DNA of 39,057 nt from a virus (IMGVR_UViG_3300029818_000005:1-39057), one strand, 5' to 3'. Positions 23,593 to 30,984 are shown, counted from the stretch's first letter. Made by a program: numbers and translations. The notes: generated from the sequence alone by a model not told the origin.

Positions 23593-24146
23593 CGCGCAGC
23601 GCGCTGCTGCTATGCGCGCTGTCGGCGATCCTCGGCAGTGCTCACGCCAACCCGATCGGTACCGATCGTTACGACGATGCGATCCGCGACGCCTCCCGCC
23701 TGTATCTGCCTGGCTGGGACTGGCGCTGGCTCAAGGCCCAGTACTACCAGGAGTCGCGCCTCGATCCGTCTGCCGTTTCGCCGGCCGGCGCGCGCGGCAT
23801 CGCGCAATTCATGCCGGGCACTTGGCGCGAGGTGGCGCCTGGCCTCGGCTTTGGCGGCATGAGTCCGCATGCGGCTGGCCCATCAATTCTTGCCGGCGCC
23901 CGCTACATGCAGCGTATGCGCCGCGTATGGGTGTCGGATCGCGCCGAGTCGGATCGGCGCGAACTCGCGCAGGCAAGCTACAACGCAGGCGCCGGTAACA
24001 TCATCAGGGCGCAGCGTGCGTGCGGCGGTGCCCGGGCATGGCCCGACATCAGCGTGTGCCTGCCGCAGGTCACCGGCGCCAACGCCGCCGAAACGATCAC
24101 ATACGTTGAGCGCATCCGGCGCTGGTACTGGGTGATGCGCACATGA
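23589..24146 (+). CDS. Endolysin, lytic transglycosylase (SLT) type with an N-terminal signal/SAR-like segment
   Basis: SALLLCALSAILGSAHA, then LKAQYYQESRLDPSAVSPAGARGIAQFMPGTW (catalytic Glu context) and SYNAGAGN. Confidence 0.8.
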   Translation: MTRSALLLCALSAILGSAHANPIGTDRYDDAIRDASRLYLPGWDWRWLKAQYYQESRLDPSAVSPAGARGIAQFMPGTWREVAPGLGFGGMSPHAAGPSILAGARYMQRMRRVWVSDRAESDRRELAQASYNAGAGNIIRAQRACGGARAWPDISVCLPQVTGANAAETITYVERIRRWYWVMRT

Positions 24147-24331
24147 GCGACCAGCGTTTTCGCAGCCGCAAGTTCATGCTGGCGATGCTGTCATTTGTCA
24201 TGAGTAGTGCCTGGCTCGCGCTCGGCATGATCGACGCGCTGCAATGGGTAGACATCACCAAATGGGTGTTGGGCCTGTATCTCGCAGGCAATGTGGGCGA
24301 CACCGCCGCAGAGCGCCTGGCGCGCCCATGA
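24143..24331 (+). CDS. Small 2-TM protein (second holin/antiholin candidate)
   Basis: 62 aa, FMLAMLSFVMSSAWLALGMI and WVLGLYLAGNV. Confidence 0.5.
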   Translation: MSDQRFRSRKFMLAMLSFVMSSAWLALGMIDALQWVDITKWVLGLYLAGNVGDTAAERLARP

Positions 24332-24708
24332 GCATCACCGAAATCATCGCCAAAGCGGGATCGATGCGTGTCATAGCTGCGCTTGCCGCAGCATTGGTTG
24401 TCGTATCGTGCCTCGCCGGGTGGTCGCTGTGGCGATTAGCGGGGTCGCATTCCCGCTGCGATTTGCGCATCGCGCAGGCGCAGGCGCGCGGCAGTGCTGC
24501 TGTGCAAGCGCTGGTGGCAGGGCAAGAGGCATCGCTGGCGTTGCTCAAAGCCGACGATGACACAGCGCTGTTGACGCTCTCAACGGCAATCCCTGGCAGG
24601 CAGGTAGAACGCATCACCGTCTATCGCGAGCGCACTCGCGCAGCCCCTACGCCCGAGTGCAGGGCAACGGCTGAACAAGTTCAGGCGATCAACGAGGCGC
24701 TGCGATGA
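24328..24708 (+). CDS. Inner-membrane spanin (Rz-like)
   Basis: N-terminal TM VIAALAAALVVVSCLAGW followed by a periplasmic helical domain. ATGA-coupled to the lipoprotein gene. Confidence 0.55.
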   Translation: MSITEIIAKAGSMRVIAALAAALVVVSCLAGWSLWRLAGSHSRCDLRIAQAQARGSAAVQALVAGQEASLALLKADDDTALLTLSTAIPGRQVERITVYRERTRAAPTPECRATAEQVQAINEALR

Positions 24709-25004
24709 TGCCGTGTTGCCGGTTGTGCGTGATCGCCGCCGCACTGAGCCTGTCGGCGTGTGCAACTCCGGTGATCCCGGATACGCCCCAGCCACCGCTC
24801 GCGCAATGCGATGCAGTCTGCTGGCGGCCGTGCGACGCCGCCGGCATCCAGTACGCGCCAGCGCTCGATTCGACAGATGCACTCGGCGACCTGGTGCAGC
24901 AGGTTGTCATCCCGCTGCGCGGCCGTATCGATCAGTGCGAAGTGAGCAGGCTGGCCTGTCAGCAGTGCATCGACCGCCTGAAAACGGCCGGAATTGTTCG
25001 ATAG
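24705..25004 (+). CDS. Outer-membrane lipoprotein spanin (Rz1-like), separate rather than embedded
   Basis: Lipobox LSLSAC, then a Pro-rich mature N-terminus. 99 aa. Confidence 0.65.
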   Translation: MMPCCRLCVIAAALSLSACATPVIPDTPQPPLAQCDAVCWRPCDAAGIQYAPALDSTDALGDLVQQVVIPLRGRIDQCEVSRLACQQCIDRLKTAGIVR

Positions 25005-25045
25005 TTTTGGACAAAGCATCCGCAAATGGACAGCGTATGCAGCGC

Positions 25046-25074
25046 AAAAAATAGGCCCGCATCTCTGCGAGCCT
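25046..25074 (-). terminator. Intrinsic terminator readable on the minus strand
   Basis: Minus strand: aggctcgca-gaga-tgcgggcct followed by attttttg. The plus strand has no T-run after the hairpin. Confidence 0.5.
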
Positions 25075-25093
25075 TGCTGTGCTTAGCTTTGAG

Positions 25094-25138
25094 TGGCGCC
25101 CGAAGTTGGACTCGAACCAACGACCCCCTGATTAACAG
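25094..25138 (-). other. 3' 45 nt of a tRNA-Asn(GTT): anticodon loop to CCA; not a complete tRNA
   Basis: Reverse complement: CTGTTAA-tcagg-gggtc-GTTGG-TTCGAGT-CCAAC-ttcgggc-g-CCA. The T-arm pairs perfectly. The sequence upstream does not form the 5' anticodon stem, D-arm or acceptor. Confidence 0.7.
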
Positions 25139-25267
25139 TGCCGTGCTCTGATCGGCCTTAAACGGCCATGCCGCGCTATTTTGCGCATTCTTGCGTGTCC
25201 AAAACGCTGAGTTTTCGACACGCTGGAAGCCGCATTCCTGCGTGAGGTTTCGGCGAGTTTTGGACAG

Positions 25268-26236
25268 CTACAGGACCGGTTTCACGCGCTCTGGCTTGGC
25301 GCGGTAGTGGCGCTGCGTGACCTTGGCGTCGCGGTGGCCGAGCAACCGTGTTGCGTGCTCGCCCTCGATGTCGCTGCCGGCCTTGCGCCGCAGGTCATGC
25401 AAGGTCATGTGCGCAAGCCCAGCCTTGGCCAGCGCCCGCCGAAAGTTGCTGCGCAGTCCGCTGACGGTGTACGGCCCGGCCGGCCCGGCGCGGGTTGGGC
25501 GCGATTCGAACAAATAGCGGCGGCCGAAGCGGCGAAATGTGCGGGCGATCTCATCGAGCAGGGCGCGCAGGTCTGGCGTTATCTCGATCAGAAGGCGCGC
25601 GCCGGTCTTGCGTTGTTGGTAGGCGATGCCGTCGTCGGTGATCGCATCCATCGGCATCGCGAGCGCGTCGCCAATGCGCATGCCGGTGGTGTACACGAAG
25701 CGTAGGATGACGGCGAGGCGCGGCGGTGCGGCGGCGATCAGTGCTGCGAACTCGGCATCGGTGACGTAGCGTTGGCGCGGGACTTCCGGGTTGCGGAATT
25801 GCAGGCGCTTGGTGGGGTCGTCGCCGCTGAACGCGCCGATGCGGCGTGCGTGGCTGTACGCAGCGCTCAGCAACGCGCGATCGCGGTTCGCCTGCACGGT
25901 GCCGTGCTCGACCAGGTAGCGGTAGACGTGCGCGGCGGTGAGGTCGCTGAGAGCCATGCGGCCGAACACTGCGGCCAGCCTACGGGCGCCGTTGCGGTAG
26001 CCTTCGAGGGTGGCGGGCCGTAGTCGTGCCGCGCTCGATTCAAGGTAATGTGATACCGCATCGGCGACCGTGGTCACGGTTGGCGTGTTGCCCACAAGCT
26101 CGGCGTAGCGGATTAGCGCCGGGCCGTACTCACTGGCGAGCCGGTGCCATTTGCCGGCAGCGACGAAGTAGTAGGCGCCGTGCCGGTGCAACATACCGCG
26201 CGGCAGGTGCTTGTCATGCAGTCTTGGCCGGCCCAT
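25268..26236 (-). CDS. int: Tyrosine integrase
   Basis: 322 aa with TGMRIGDAL (Arg), HDLRRKAGS and LLGHRD...TQRHY (His/Arg/Tyr catalytic pattern). Confidence 0.9.
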   Translation of the reverse strand: MGRPRLHDKHLPRGMLHRHGAYYFVAAGKWHRLASEYGPALIRYAELVGNTPTVTTVADAVSHYLESSAARLRPATLEGYRNGARRLAAVFGRMALSDLTAAHVYRYLVEHGTVQANRDRALLSAAYSHARRIGAFSGDDPTKRLQFRNPEVPRQRYVTDAEFAALIAAAPPRLAVILRFVYTTGMRIGDALAMPMDAITDDGIAYQQRKTGARLLIEITPDLRALLDEIARTFRRFGRRYLFESRPTRAGPAGPYTVSGLRSNFRRALAKAGLAHMTLHDLRRKAGSDIEGEHATRLLGHRDAKVTQRHYRAKPERVKPVL

Positions 26237-26456
26237 GCTTGATGGCCCCCCAGTTCGGTTCGCGCTTTGGCTTTGGCTTGCCAGCCTGCGAGAGTATCAC
26301 TGCACGCTCAACCAGCGGGCGGCCGACGGCGTTGGGCCGAAACGGAATACCCATTGCTGCCAGCGCCCGGCATTGCGCGGACCACCGCTGTCTGGCGGTG
26401 AGCTCTTCGACTTCGGCGGGGATAAGCCAAGTGTCTGTCATGGTGTGATCAGACAC
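26214..26456 (-). CDS. DUF4224-like small protein (excisionase-type accessory factor candidate)
   Basis: LIPAEVEELTARQRWSAQCRALAAMGIPFRPNAVGRPLV resembles DUF4224. It overlaps the int start by 23 nt. Confidence 0.6.
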   Translation of the reverse strand: MSDHTMTDTWLIPAEVEELTARQRWSAQCRALAAMGIPFRPNAVGRPLVERAVILSQAGKPKPKREPNWGAIKHGPAKTA

Positions 26457-26581
26457 TGCCGGCCGAACGCTTCATGAACACAAGCCAATGCGTGCCGGCC
26501 TTATGCGGCTCCCACAGCATGGGTCTAGCACGCGCTTGTTCACTTCGTAATCTCTCCCATAAGACGAACAAACCAGCACAT

Positions 26582-26827
26582 TCAAATGTCCTTGTACAAC
26601 TGCACGCTTACCGTATCCTCGTCCACCTCGTGGCGCGTGGCGAGCGCTTGCCGCAGCAGGTGCTCGATGCAGTCATTCAGATAGTCGTCAGCGGCAATGT
26701 CGCAATAGCCAAGCAGGTACTCATCGACGCCCGCGCCCTTTGTGCCGTTGCAAGCGATAAAATCAAGCGCCGCCTGATCGGCGATGCGCCAGGCGCGGTT
26801 CTCGGCGGCATCTGTCTGGTTCGTCAT
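26582..26827 (-). CDS. Hypothetical acidic protein
   Basis: 81 aa; good codon bias; last gene of the leftward early operon. Confidence 0.55.
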   Translation of the reverse strand: MTNQTDAAENRAWRIADQAALDFIACNGTKGAGVDEYLLGYCDIAADDYLNDCIEHLLRQALATRHEVDEDTVSVQLYKDI

Positions 26828-26832
26828 GGCGG

Positions 26833-27135
26833 TCAGATCACTCCGGTCAACGGCTTGCCGGGCAGTGCCTTTTGGCCGTTGCTCGGCTGCGATTGAGCAC
26901 GCTCGACCAGGTTGTAGCCCGGCTTTTGCTTGCGCGGCAGCGCATTGATGAAACCGCTATCGACGTTGCAACCGGTGGCCTTGACAAAATCGACCTCCAC
27001 CTTTGCCGAGTTGATGATGGTCTGCGATACGTCGCAGATCGCGCGGGCGCGATCCAGGTCCATCGGCTTGTCTTTGTCCTTGAGCGCGGCGAGGGTCTCG
27101 AACAGCGCGCTGCGAAGGGTGTTGATGTCGCTCAT
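26833..27135 (-). CDS. Hypothetical protein
   Basis: 100 aa; ATGA-coupled to the upstream gene. Confidence 0.55.
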   Translation of the reverse strand: MSDINTLRSALFETLAALKDKDKPMDLDRARAICDVSQTIINSAKVEVDFVKATGCNVDSGFINALPRKQKPGYNLVERAQSQPSNGQKALPGKPLTGVI

Positions 27136-27794
27136 GCGGCCTTGCTCCTGCGGTTGATGGCCCTGACCAGCGCGCCACGCGCTTGCATTACCTGGACGAT
27201 GGGTTCGGGGTAGTTGTGGATGCTGTTGCGGCGCATCAGTTCGCGCCGGGTGACCAGTTCGAGTTTGTCGACGGTGATGGCGGCGGCATTGATGCTGCGG
27301 CAGCCGGGCCGGAACACGATGGCGTGGCCACGCGGGATTGGTCCGTTGGCGCGCTCCCAGACGATGCGGTGTACGGCGCGCCAGCGCTTGTAGATCGGCT
27401 GGTCATCATTGATCTTGCGTTCGAGGTAACCATCCTTCGATATGCGCTCTGAACCGATCTGCTTGAGCAACATGCGGGCTTTGCCGGTCAGTTGCCCAGG
27501 CTTGAATTGCGTTTCGGCGCTGCGGCCGTGGGTACCGATTTTCTTGCCGGCGTTCCACGGGCGTTTCCCTGAAGCGAATCGTGTTTTCTCGCCGCGCGTT
27601 CCGTCGGTTCGCCCGGACATCTGGCTGGCCAGGAACGCGGTGCTCTTGCGCAGGCCGAGCGCGTCGGCTTTGTAGTAGACCTTGGCTTTGGATACGCCAA
27701 GGGCAGCCGCGATATCGGCGGTGCGCTGGTGCGGGTAGCGTGCGCGCAGCATGGCTACTTCGGCTTCGGTCCAGATGTGGCGCGGAACACTCAT
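27132..27794 (-). CDS. HNH_3-like endonuclease-family protein with an N-terminal HTH
   Basis: WRAVHRIVWERANGPIPRGHAIVFRPG...LELVTRRELMRRN follows the HNH_3 layout. The first His of the H-N-H core position reads Phe. Confidence 0.55.
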   Translation of the reverse strand: MSVPRHIWTEAEVAMLRARYPHQRTADIAAALGVSKAKVYYKADALGLRKSTAFLASQMSGRTDGTRGEKTRFASGKRPWNAGKKIGTHGRSAETQFKPGQLTGKARMLLKQIGSERISKDGYLERKINDDQPIYKRWRAVHRIVWERANGPIPRGHAIVFRPGCRSINAAAITVDKLELVTRRELMRRNSIHNYPEPIVQVMQARGALVRAINRRSKAA

Positions 27795-28111
27795 GCGGTT
27801 TGAGGAACGCCACGGCACACCAGCGCATCGATCTGCAACACCTCGATTCCGATACGATGTGCGATGTGCATTTCCAGGTGCGCGCCCTGGCTGCGTTCCC
27901 AGCCCGGCAGCAGCGCCAGTGTGGTGCAATCGCACAGGGCTTTGATGTCGGCGCGCATGCACGCATCCCAGGCTGTGGTGTTGTCCGGGTTGAGTTCGGC
28001 GGGGTTGACCACGGTGTAGCCCAGGCTGCGCAGTTTGGCAGCGGCGGCATTGAACGCGGGGAAGTTGAGGTCTGGAAGGCCGCTCATGGGGCCGCTGAGG
28101 TAGATGCGCAT
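27791..28111 (-). CDS. DUF4406 (nucleoside 2-deoxyribosyltransferase-like) protein
   Basis: MRIYLSGPMSGLPDLNFPAFNAAAAKLRSLGYTVVNPAE...LLPGWERSQGAHLE is the characteristic DUF4406 pattern. Confidence 0.7.
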   Translation of the reverse strand: MRIYLSGPMSGLPDLNFPAFNAAAAKLRSLGYTVVNPAELNPDNTTAWDACMRADIKALCDCTTLALLPGWERSQGAHLEMHIAHRIGIEVLQIDALVCRGVPQTA

Positions 28112-28121
28112 GTGGTCTCCT

Positions 28122-28150
28122 GCCCGCCGCCGGATCGCCCGGCGGCGGGC
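28122..28150 (-). other. 12-bp all-GC-rich hairpin in the intercistronic gap
   Basis: gcccgccgccgg-atcgc-ccggcggcgggc. No T-run. AGGAGA and the next ATG follow on the minus strand. Confidence 0.55.
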
Positions 28151-28157
28151 GTGCCGG

Positions 28158-28973
28158 TTACGGGGTGAAAGTGCCGACGATCACGCTGGCAGTGCCGCCG
28201 ATGGCGGACGTGACCACGCGTTTGAAATCCTGCGCGATGTCTTCGCGCATCTGCTCGCGGCGGTTCCAACGCACGGCAAAAACGGGCTTTTCCTCGCTGG
28301 TGATGATCGACAGGCGCAGTTCGGCAATCTGCTCAGTGAGTCCGGCGTATGGCGTCACGCGGAAGTAGAGTGCGCCGGGCAGTTCGATGGTGCCGTTGGC
28401 TCTTGCCTCGATCTCATCAAGTGCCGAGCGGCTGGTGTTGAAGTTCCCCACCGTCGACGTGGATTCCGAGCGTTGCTTGATCTGGATGTTGCGGATCGCG
28501 ACGACAGCGGCGCTGAGCGGGAGTGCCTCACCGTCGGACGTGGTGGCCGAAATGTGTTGCGACCATTCTTCGACGAACTCGGCCAGCGCACGTTGTGCAA
28601 GCCGGTGGCCATCCAAGGCGCAAATGGCTGCGAAGGCTGCGGTAGGGGTGAGCGTGAGTTCGGCGATGTCATCGGCGTGGCCGGGCAGCTCGTCGGTGCC
28701 AAGGTTGAAATAGCACTTCGCGGACGTGGCGTTTGCGTCGATGAAACACGCAGGTTTCAGCGCGGCCGCTGCGCGGGCAGCGATGTATCCCGCGAAGTCG
28801 GCGAGCGATGAGGTCGTCATGCGCCCGCGAAAGCGCGCTCGGCCAGCCTGCAGGTGCTCGATGCTGGTGAGCTTGCCGGCGTGGAACAGGGCCGGCGTGG
28901 GCGTGCCAAGGTGCGCGCCATTGTTGGCGGCAACGGCGAGATCGGCGATGGTGTTGATCGCGTTGGCATCCAT
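28158..28973 (-). CDS. YfdQ/DUF2303-like protein
   Basis: 271 aa. Overall pattern (…FRGRMTTSSLADFAGYI…CYFNLGTDELPGHADD…ALYFRVTPY) as in prophage YfdQ-family proteins. Confidence 0.6.
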   Translation of the reverse strand: MDANAINTIADLAVAANNGAHLGTPTPALFHAGKLTSIEHLQAGRARFRGRMTTSSLADFAGYIAARAAAALKPACFIDANATSAKCYFNLGTDELPGHADDIAELTLTPTAAFAAICALDGHRLAQRALAEFVEEWSQHISATTSDGEALPLSAAVVAIRNIQIKQRSESTSTVGNFNTSRSALDEIEARANGTIELPGALYFRVTPYAGLTEQIAELRLSIITSEEKPVFAVRWNRREQMREDIAQDFKRVVTSAIGGTASVIVGTFTP

Positions 28974-29323
28974 TATGCGCGCTCCTTCGAAGCATCGCTG
29001 CCGCCGAACAGGCTGGCTTGCTCATGTGGGAACAGCGACAGCGCGCCGCGTGGGCCGACGTGCATGGGTGTCTCGGTGGCGTATTCCTCGGTCGCTCGGC
29101 CGCGCGCGGTGGGTTTGACGTAATTGAGCTTGTGGGTGACAGCGACCTGATTGCTTTCGCCGATGCGCTTGAGGTCGAGGGTGATGACGACCTTGCCCTT
29201 GCGGCCGTGAGTGACCACGCCCAGGGCGGTATCGGACAGTGCGCGCTCGATCTGCTGGGCGAACACGCCGGCATTGAGGTCGCCGATCAACTCGGCGAAG
29301 TGGGTGACGTTGTTGGCGTTCAT
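28973..29323 (-). CDS. Hypothetical protein
   Basis: AAGGAG RBS; 116 aa; TAATG-coupled to the YfdQ-like gene. Confidence 0.6.
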   Translation of the reverse strand: MNANNVTHFAELIGDLNAGVFAQQIERALSDTALGVVTHGRKGKVVITLDLKRIGESNQVAVTHKLNYVKPTARGRATEEYATETPMHVGPRGALSLFPHEQASLFGGSDASKERA

Positions 29324-29601
29324 TTTTGCTCCTTAGTGAGTGTGGATGCGCAGTGCCACGGCACCGCTGCGCGCGAGGTGATGAGATGCAGGCCGCCGGC
29401 CTGGTGGCGGTGGGCCGGTATAGCCCGGTCGCGATTGCGCTTGTGTTGTTCGAGCCAGGCGATGCGGCGCAGGATCGCGAGGCCTCGCGAGGCGCGTGCT
29501 GCGATGTCGGCTGGATGGAATCCGCCAACGCGCGCCCTGGCGGTGTAGTAGGCGATCAGGCGCTCGGCAGGGCTGGGCGGGATGATCGAGCGCGTGATCA
29601 C
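29320..29601 (-). CDS. Hypothetical protein (GTG start)
   Basis: GGAGG 6 nt upstream of GTG 29601. GTGA and ATGA coupling at the two ends. Confidence 0.45.
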   Translation of the reverse strand: MITRSIIPPSPAERLIAYYTARARVGGFHPADIAARASRGLAILRRIAWLEQHKRNRDRAIPAHRHQAGGLHLITSRAAVPWHCASTLTKEQK

Positions 29602-29810
29602 GCCGTGCCTCCAAACGGATCGAGGGTAGCGTCTCCGCCGATCTGTTGCGCGGCGCGCCGGGCTGCGGCGTCCACTGATGCGCCTGCTGCATACAGGCGT
29701 GCGGCAAGGCGCGCGGCGGAGCAGGCCTGGGCGCGCTTGCCGGTGCGGATCAGGCGTTCGTGCGCGAGGCGGCGGGCGAGGAATTCGCGCGGCGTGGTGA
29801 TGGTGCTCAT
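29598..29810 (-). CDS. Hypothetical small protein
   Basis: 70 aa, MSTITTPREFLARRLAHERLIR...; ATGA-coupled upstream. Confidence 0.45.
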   Translation of the reverse strand: MSTITTPREFLARRLAHERLIRTGKRAQACSAARLAARLYAAGASVDAAARRAAQQIGGDATLDPFGGTA

Positions 29811-30049
29811 GGCGCGCACTCCGCAGCGCCGATGGCGTGGTCGGCGGGCACGGCGTGGTCTGGAATGTGCTGCCACAACTCCGCCACGCCAGCGTTCGCG
29901 GCTTCAAACGCATCGAGGTAGCCGGCACCGCCGCACTCGGGGCCGTGCTCGTTACGTACTTCCCACGACCATTGGTTGCTCGGTGCGCGGTAGATGCGCA
30001 GCTCATAGCTGGGTTGGTCTACGGATGGCTCAGTGGTTGCACTGCTCAT
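29807..30049 (-). CDS. Hypothetical small protein
   Basis: 80 aa, MSSATTEPSVDQPSYELRIYRAPSNQWSWEVRNEHG...; AAGGA RBS. Confidence 0.5.
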   Translation of the reverse strand: MSSATTEPSVDQPSYELRIYRAPSNQWSWEVRNEHGPECGGAGYLDAFEAANAGVAELWQHIPDHAVPADHAIGAAECAP

Positions 30050-30075
30050 GGACGATCCTTGGCAAAAAGGCAGAG

Positions 30076-30513
30076 TTACTGACCGGACGCCACAGACCGC
30101 ACCGCACGCACGCAGGCGTCGTCGTAGGCGCGGAGACAGTAGCCGCCGGCGGCATCCTCGCTGGGACTGTAGTCGTCGGCGTCGTACCCGAAATCGACGT
30201 AACAAGCGTAGGTGGGGCTTCGCGCGTTGATCGTGCTAGTCCAATACCAGTCGCTCTTGGCGTCGGGGAATGTCGCGAGGTCGATGTTCGGGGCTTCGCG
30301 CGAGCTATCAACCAGGGACAGCAGCTCGTCGGCGGTTGGCAGGCGCCAACCATCGCCCAGCGCGGCGCAGGCCGCCTCGGCCGTTGCGTGGTCAACGGGG
30401 TGGCCGTCGCACAGCGTGGCGCTCCATTCCAGCGCGGGGAGATTGCCGCTGGCGGGGGTGGTGGCGTAGACGGCGGTGGGCGTGCTGGTGGCTGGCGCTG
30501 CGGCGGTGGTCAT
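30076..30513 (-). CDS. DUF1566 (Lcl C-terminal domain)-like protein; first gene of the leftward operon
   Basis: GWRLPTADELLSLVD...DWYWTSTINARSPTYACYVDFGYD is the DUF1566 signature. Confidence 0.65.
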   Translation of the reverse strand: MTTAAAPATSTPTAVYATTPASGNLPALEWSATLCDGHPVDHATAEAACAALGDGWRLPTADELLSLVDSSREAPNIDLATFPDAKSDWYWTSTINARSPTYACYVDFGYDADDYSPSEDAAGGYCLRAYDDACVRAVRSVASGQ

Positions 30514-30553
30514 GTGGGTCTCCCTGTGGGCCGCTGGGTGGCGGTGTGGGGAG

Positions 30554-30582
30554 ACATTACCGCAATGGTTATGCCATGTCAA
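30554..30582 (-). promoter_or_regulatory. PL-type promoter: -35 TTGACA, 17-nt spacer, -10 TAATGT (minus strand)
   Basis: Reverse complement reads ggtaTTGACAtggcataaccattgcggTAATGTctcc, about 35 nt upstream of ATG 30513. Confidence 0.6.
30557..30571. promoter_or_regulatory. Operator OL1: TTACC-GCAAT-GGTTA
   Basis: 15-bp inverted repeat overlapping the PL spacer and -10. Confidence 0.6.
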
Positions 30583-30596
30583 TACCGTTATGGTAA
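30582..30596. promoter_or_regulatory. Operator OL2: ATACC-GTTAT-GGTAA
   Basis: 15-bp inverted repeat abutting the PL -35, 25 bp centre-to-centre from OL1. Confidence 0.6.
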
Positions 30597-30694
30597 TGAC
30601 GTTTTGCATGATGCAGGTGCCGGTTGTTGCGATAGCGGGCATGCTCAGCGCAGTGCGGCTCCGGCGCTGGCCGGTGGGATGGATTCGGGGCGTG

Positions 30695-30722
30695 TTGCAT
30701 TGATAGCACAATGTGATATCAT
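30695..30722 (+). promoter_or_regulatory. hicAB promoter: -35 TTGCAT, 16-nt spacer, extended -10 TGaTATCAT
   Basis: ttgcat tgatagcacaatgtga tatcat. The -10 ends 7 nt before ATG 30730. Confidence 0.55.
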
Positions 30723-30729
30723 GTGCCGC

Positions 30730-30984
30730 ATGAACAGCGCGCACCGCAAGACGTTGGCCGCCATCTTTGCCGAACCGGTGAACGGGGCATTGGAGTGGTC
30801 CAGAATCGAGGCGCTGCTGCTGGCCATCGGCTGCCGGCGAGTTGATGGCAGCGGGTCGTCGGTCACGTTCGAGAAGGATGGGGAGAAGGTGTTTTTCCAT
30901 CGCCCGCACCCGCGTAAGGAAGCGCTGCGTTACCGCGTCAAGGATGCGCGCTCGTTCTTGCAATGCATTGGAGTAACGCCATGA
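30730..30984 (+). CDS. hicA: HicA-family mRNA interferase toxin
   Basis: MNSAHRKTLAAIFAEPVNGALEWSRIEALLLAIG...VFFHRPHPRKEALRYRVKDARSFL is the classic HicA pattern. Confidence 0.85.
   Translation: MNSAHRKTLAAIFAEPVNGALEWSRIEALLLAIGCRRVDGSGSSVTFEKDGEKVFFHRPHPRKEALRYRVKDARSFLQCIGVTP

Larger units (their letters stand above)
25003..25266. other. attP region: tRNA-derived core flanked by arm-type repeats GTTTTGGACA
   Basis: Copies at 25004-25013 (+), 25257-25266 (+) and 25196-25205 (inverted). Variants at 25211-25220 (gttttcgaca) and 25024-25032 (aaatggaca). The region is adjacent to int. Confidence 0.6.

Noticed and set aside
25094-25170. Possible complete tRNA gene.
   Set aside because: Only the anticodon loop, 3' anticodon stem, variable loop, T-arm and acceptor 3' strand are present. 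The adjacent sequence cannot form the 5' anticodon stem, D-arm or acceptor 5' strand, so it is an attP core fragment.
26457-26581. 125-bp lower-GC gap upstream of the DUF4224-like gene and int, considered as a Pint promoter.
   Set aside because: Only weak hexamer matches on the minus strand (for example TTGAAT-17-TTATGG). A promoter call is not supportable without mapping data.
29326-30984. 552-aa plus-strand ORF spanning the leftward early operon.
   Set aside because: Only its last 84 codons (hicA, with its own promoter) look genuine. The rest is antisense to coupled minus-strand genes and reads as low-complexity Arg/Gly/Ala sequence.
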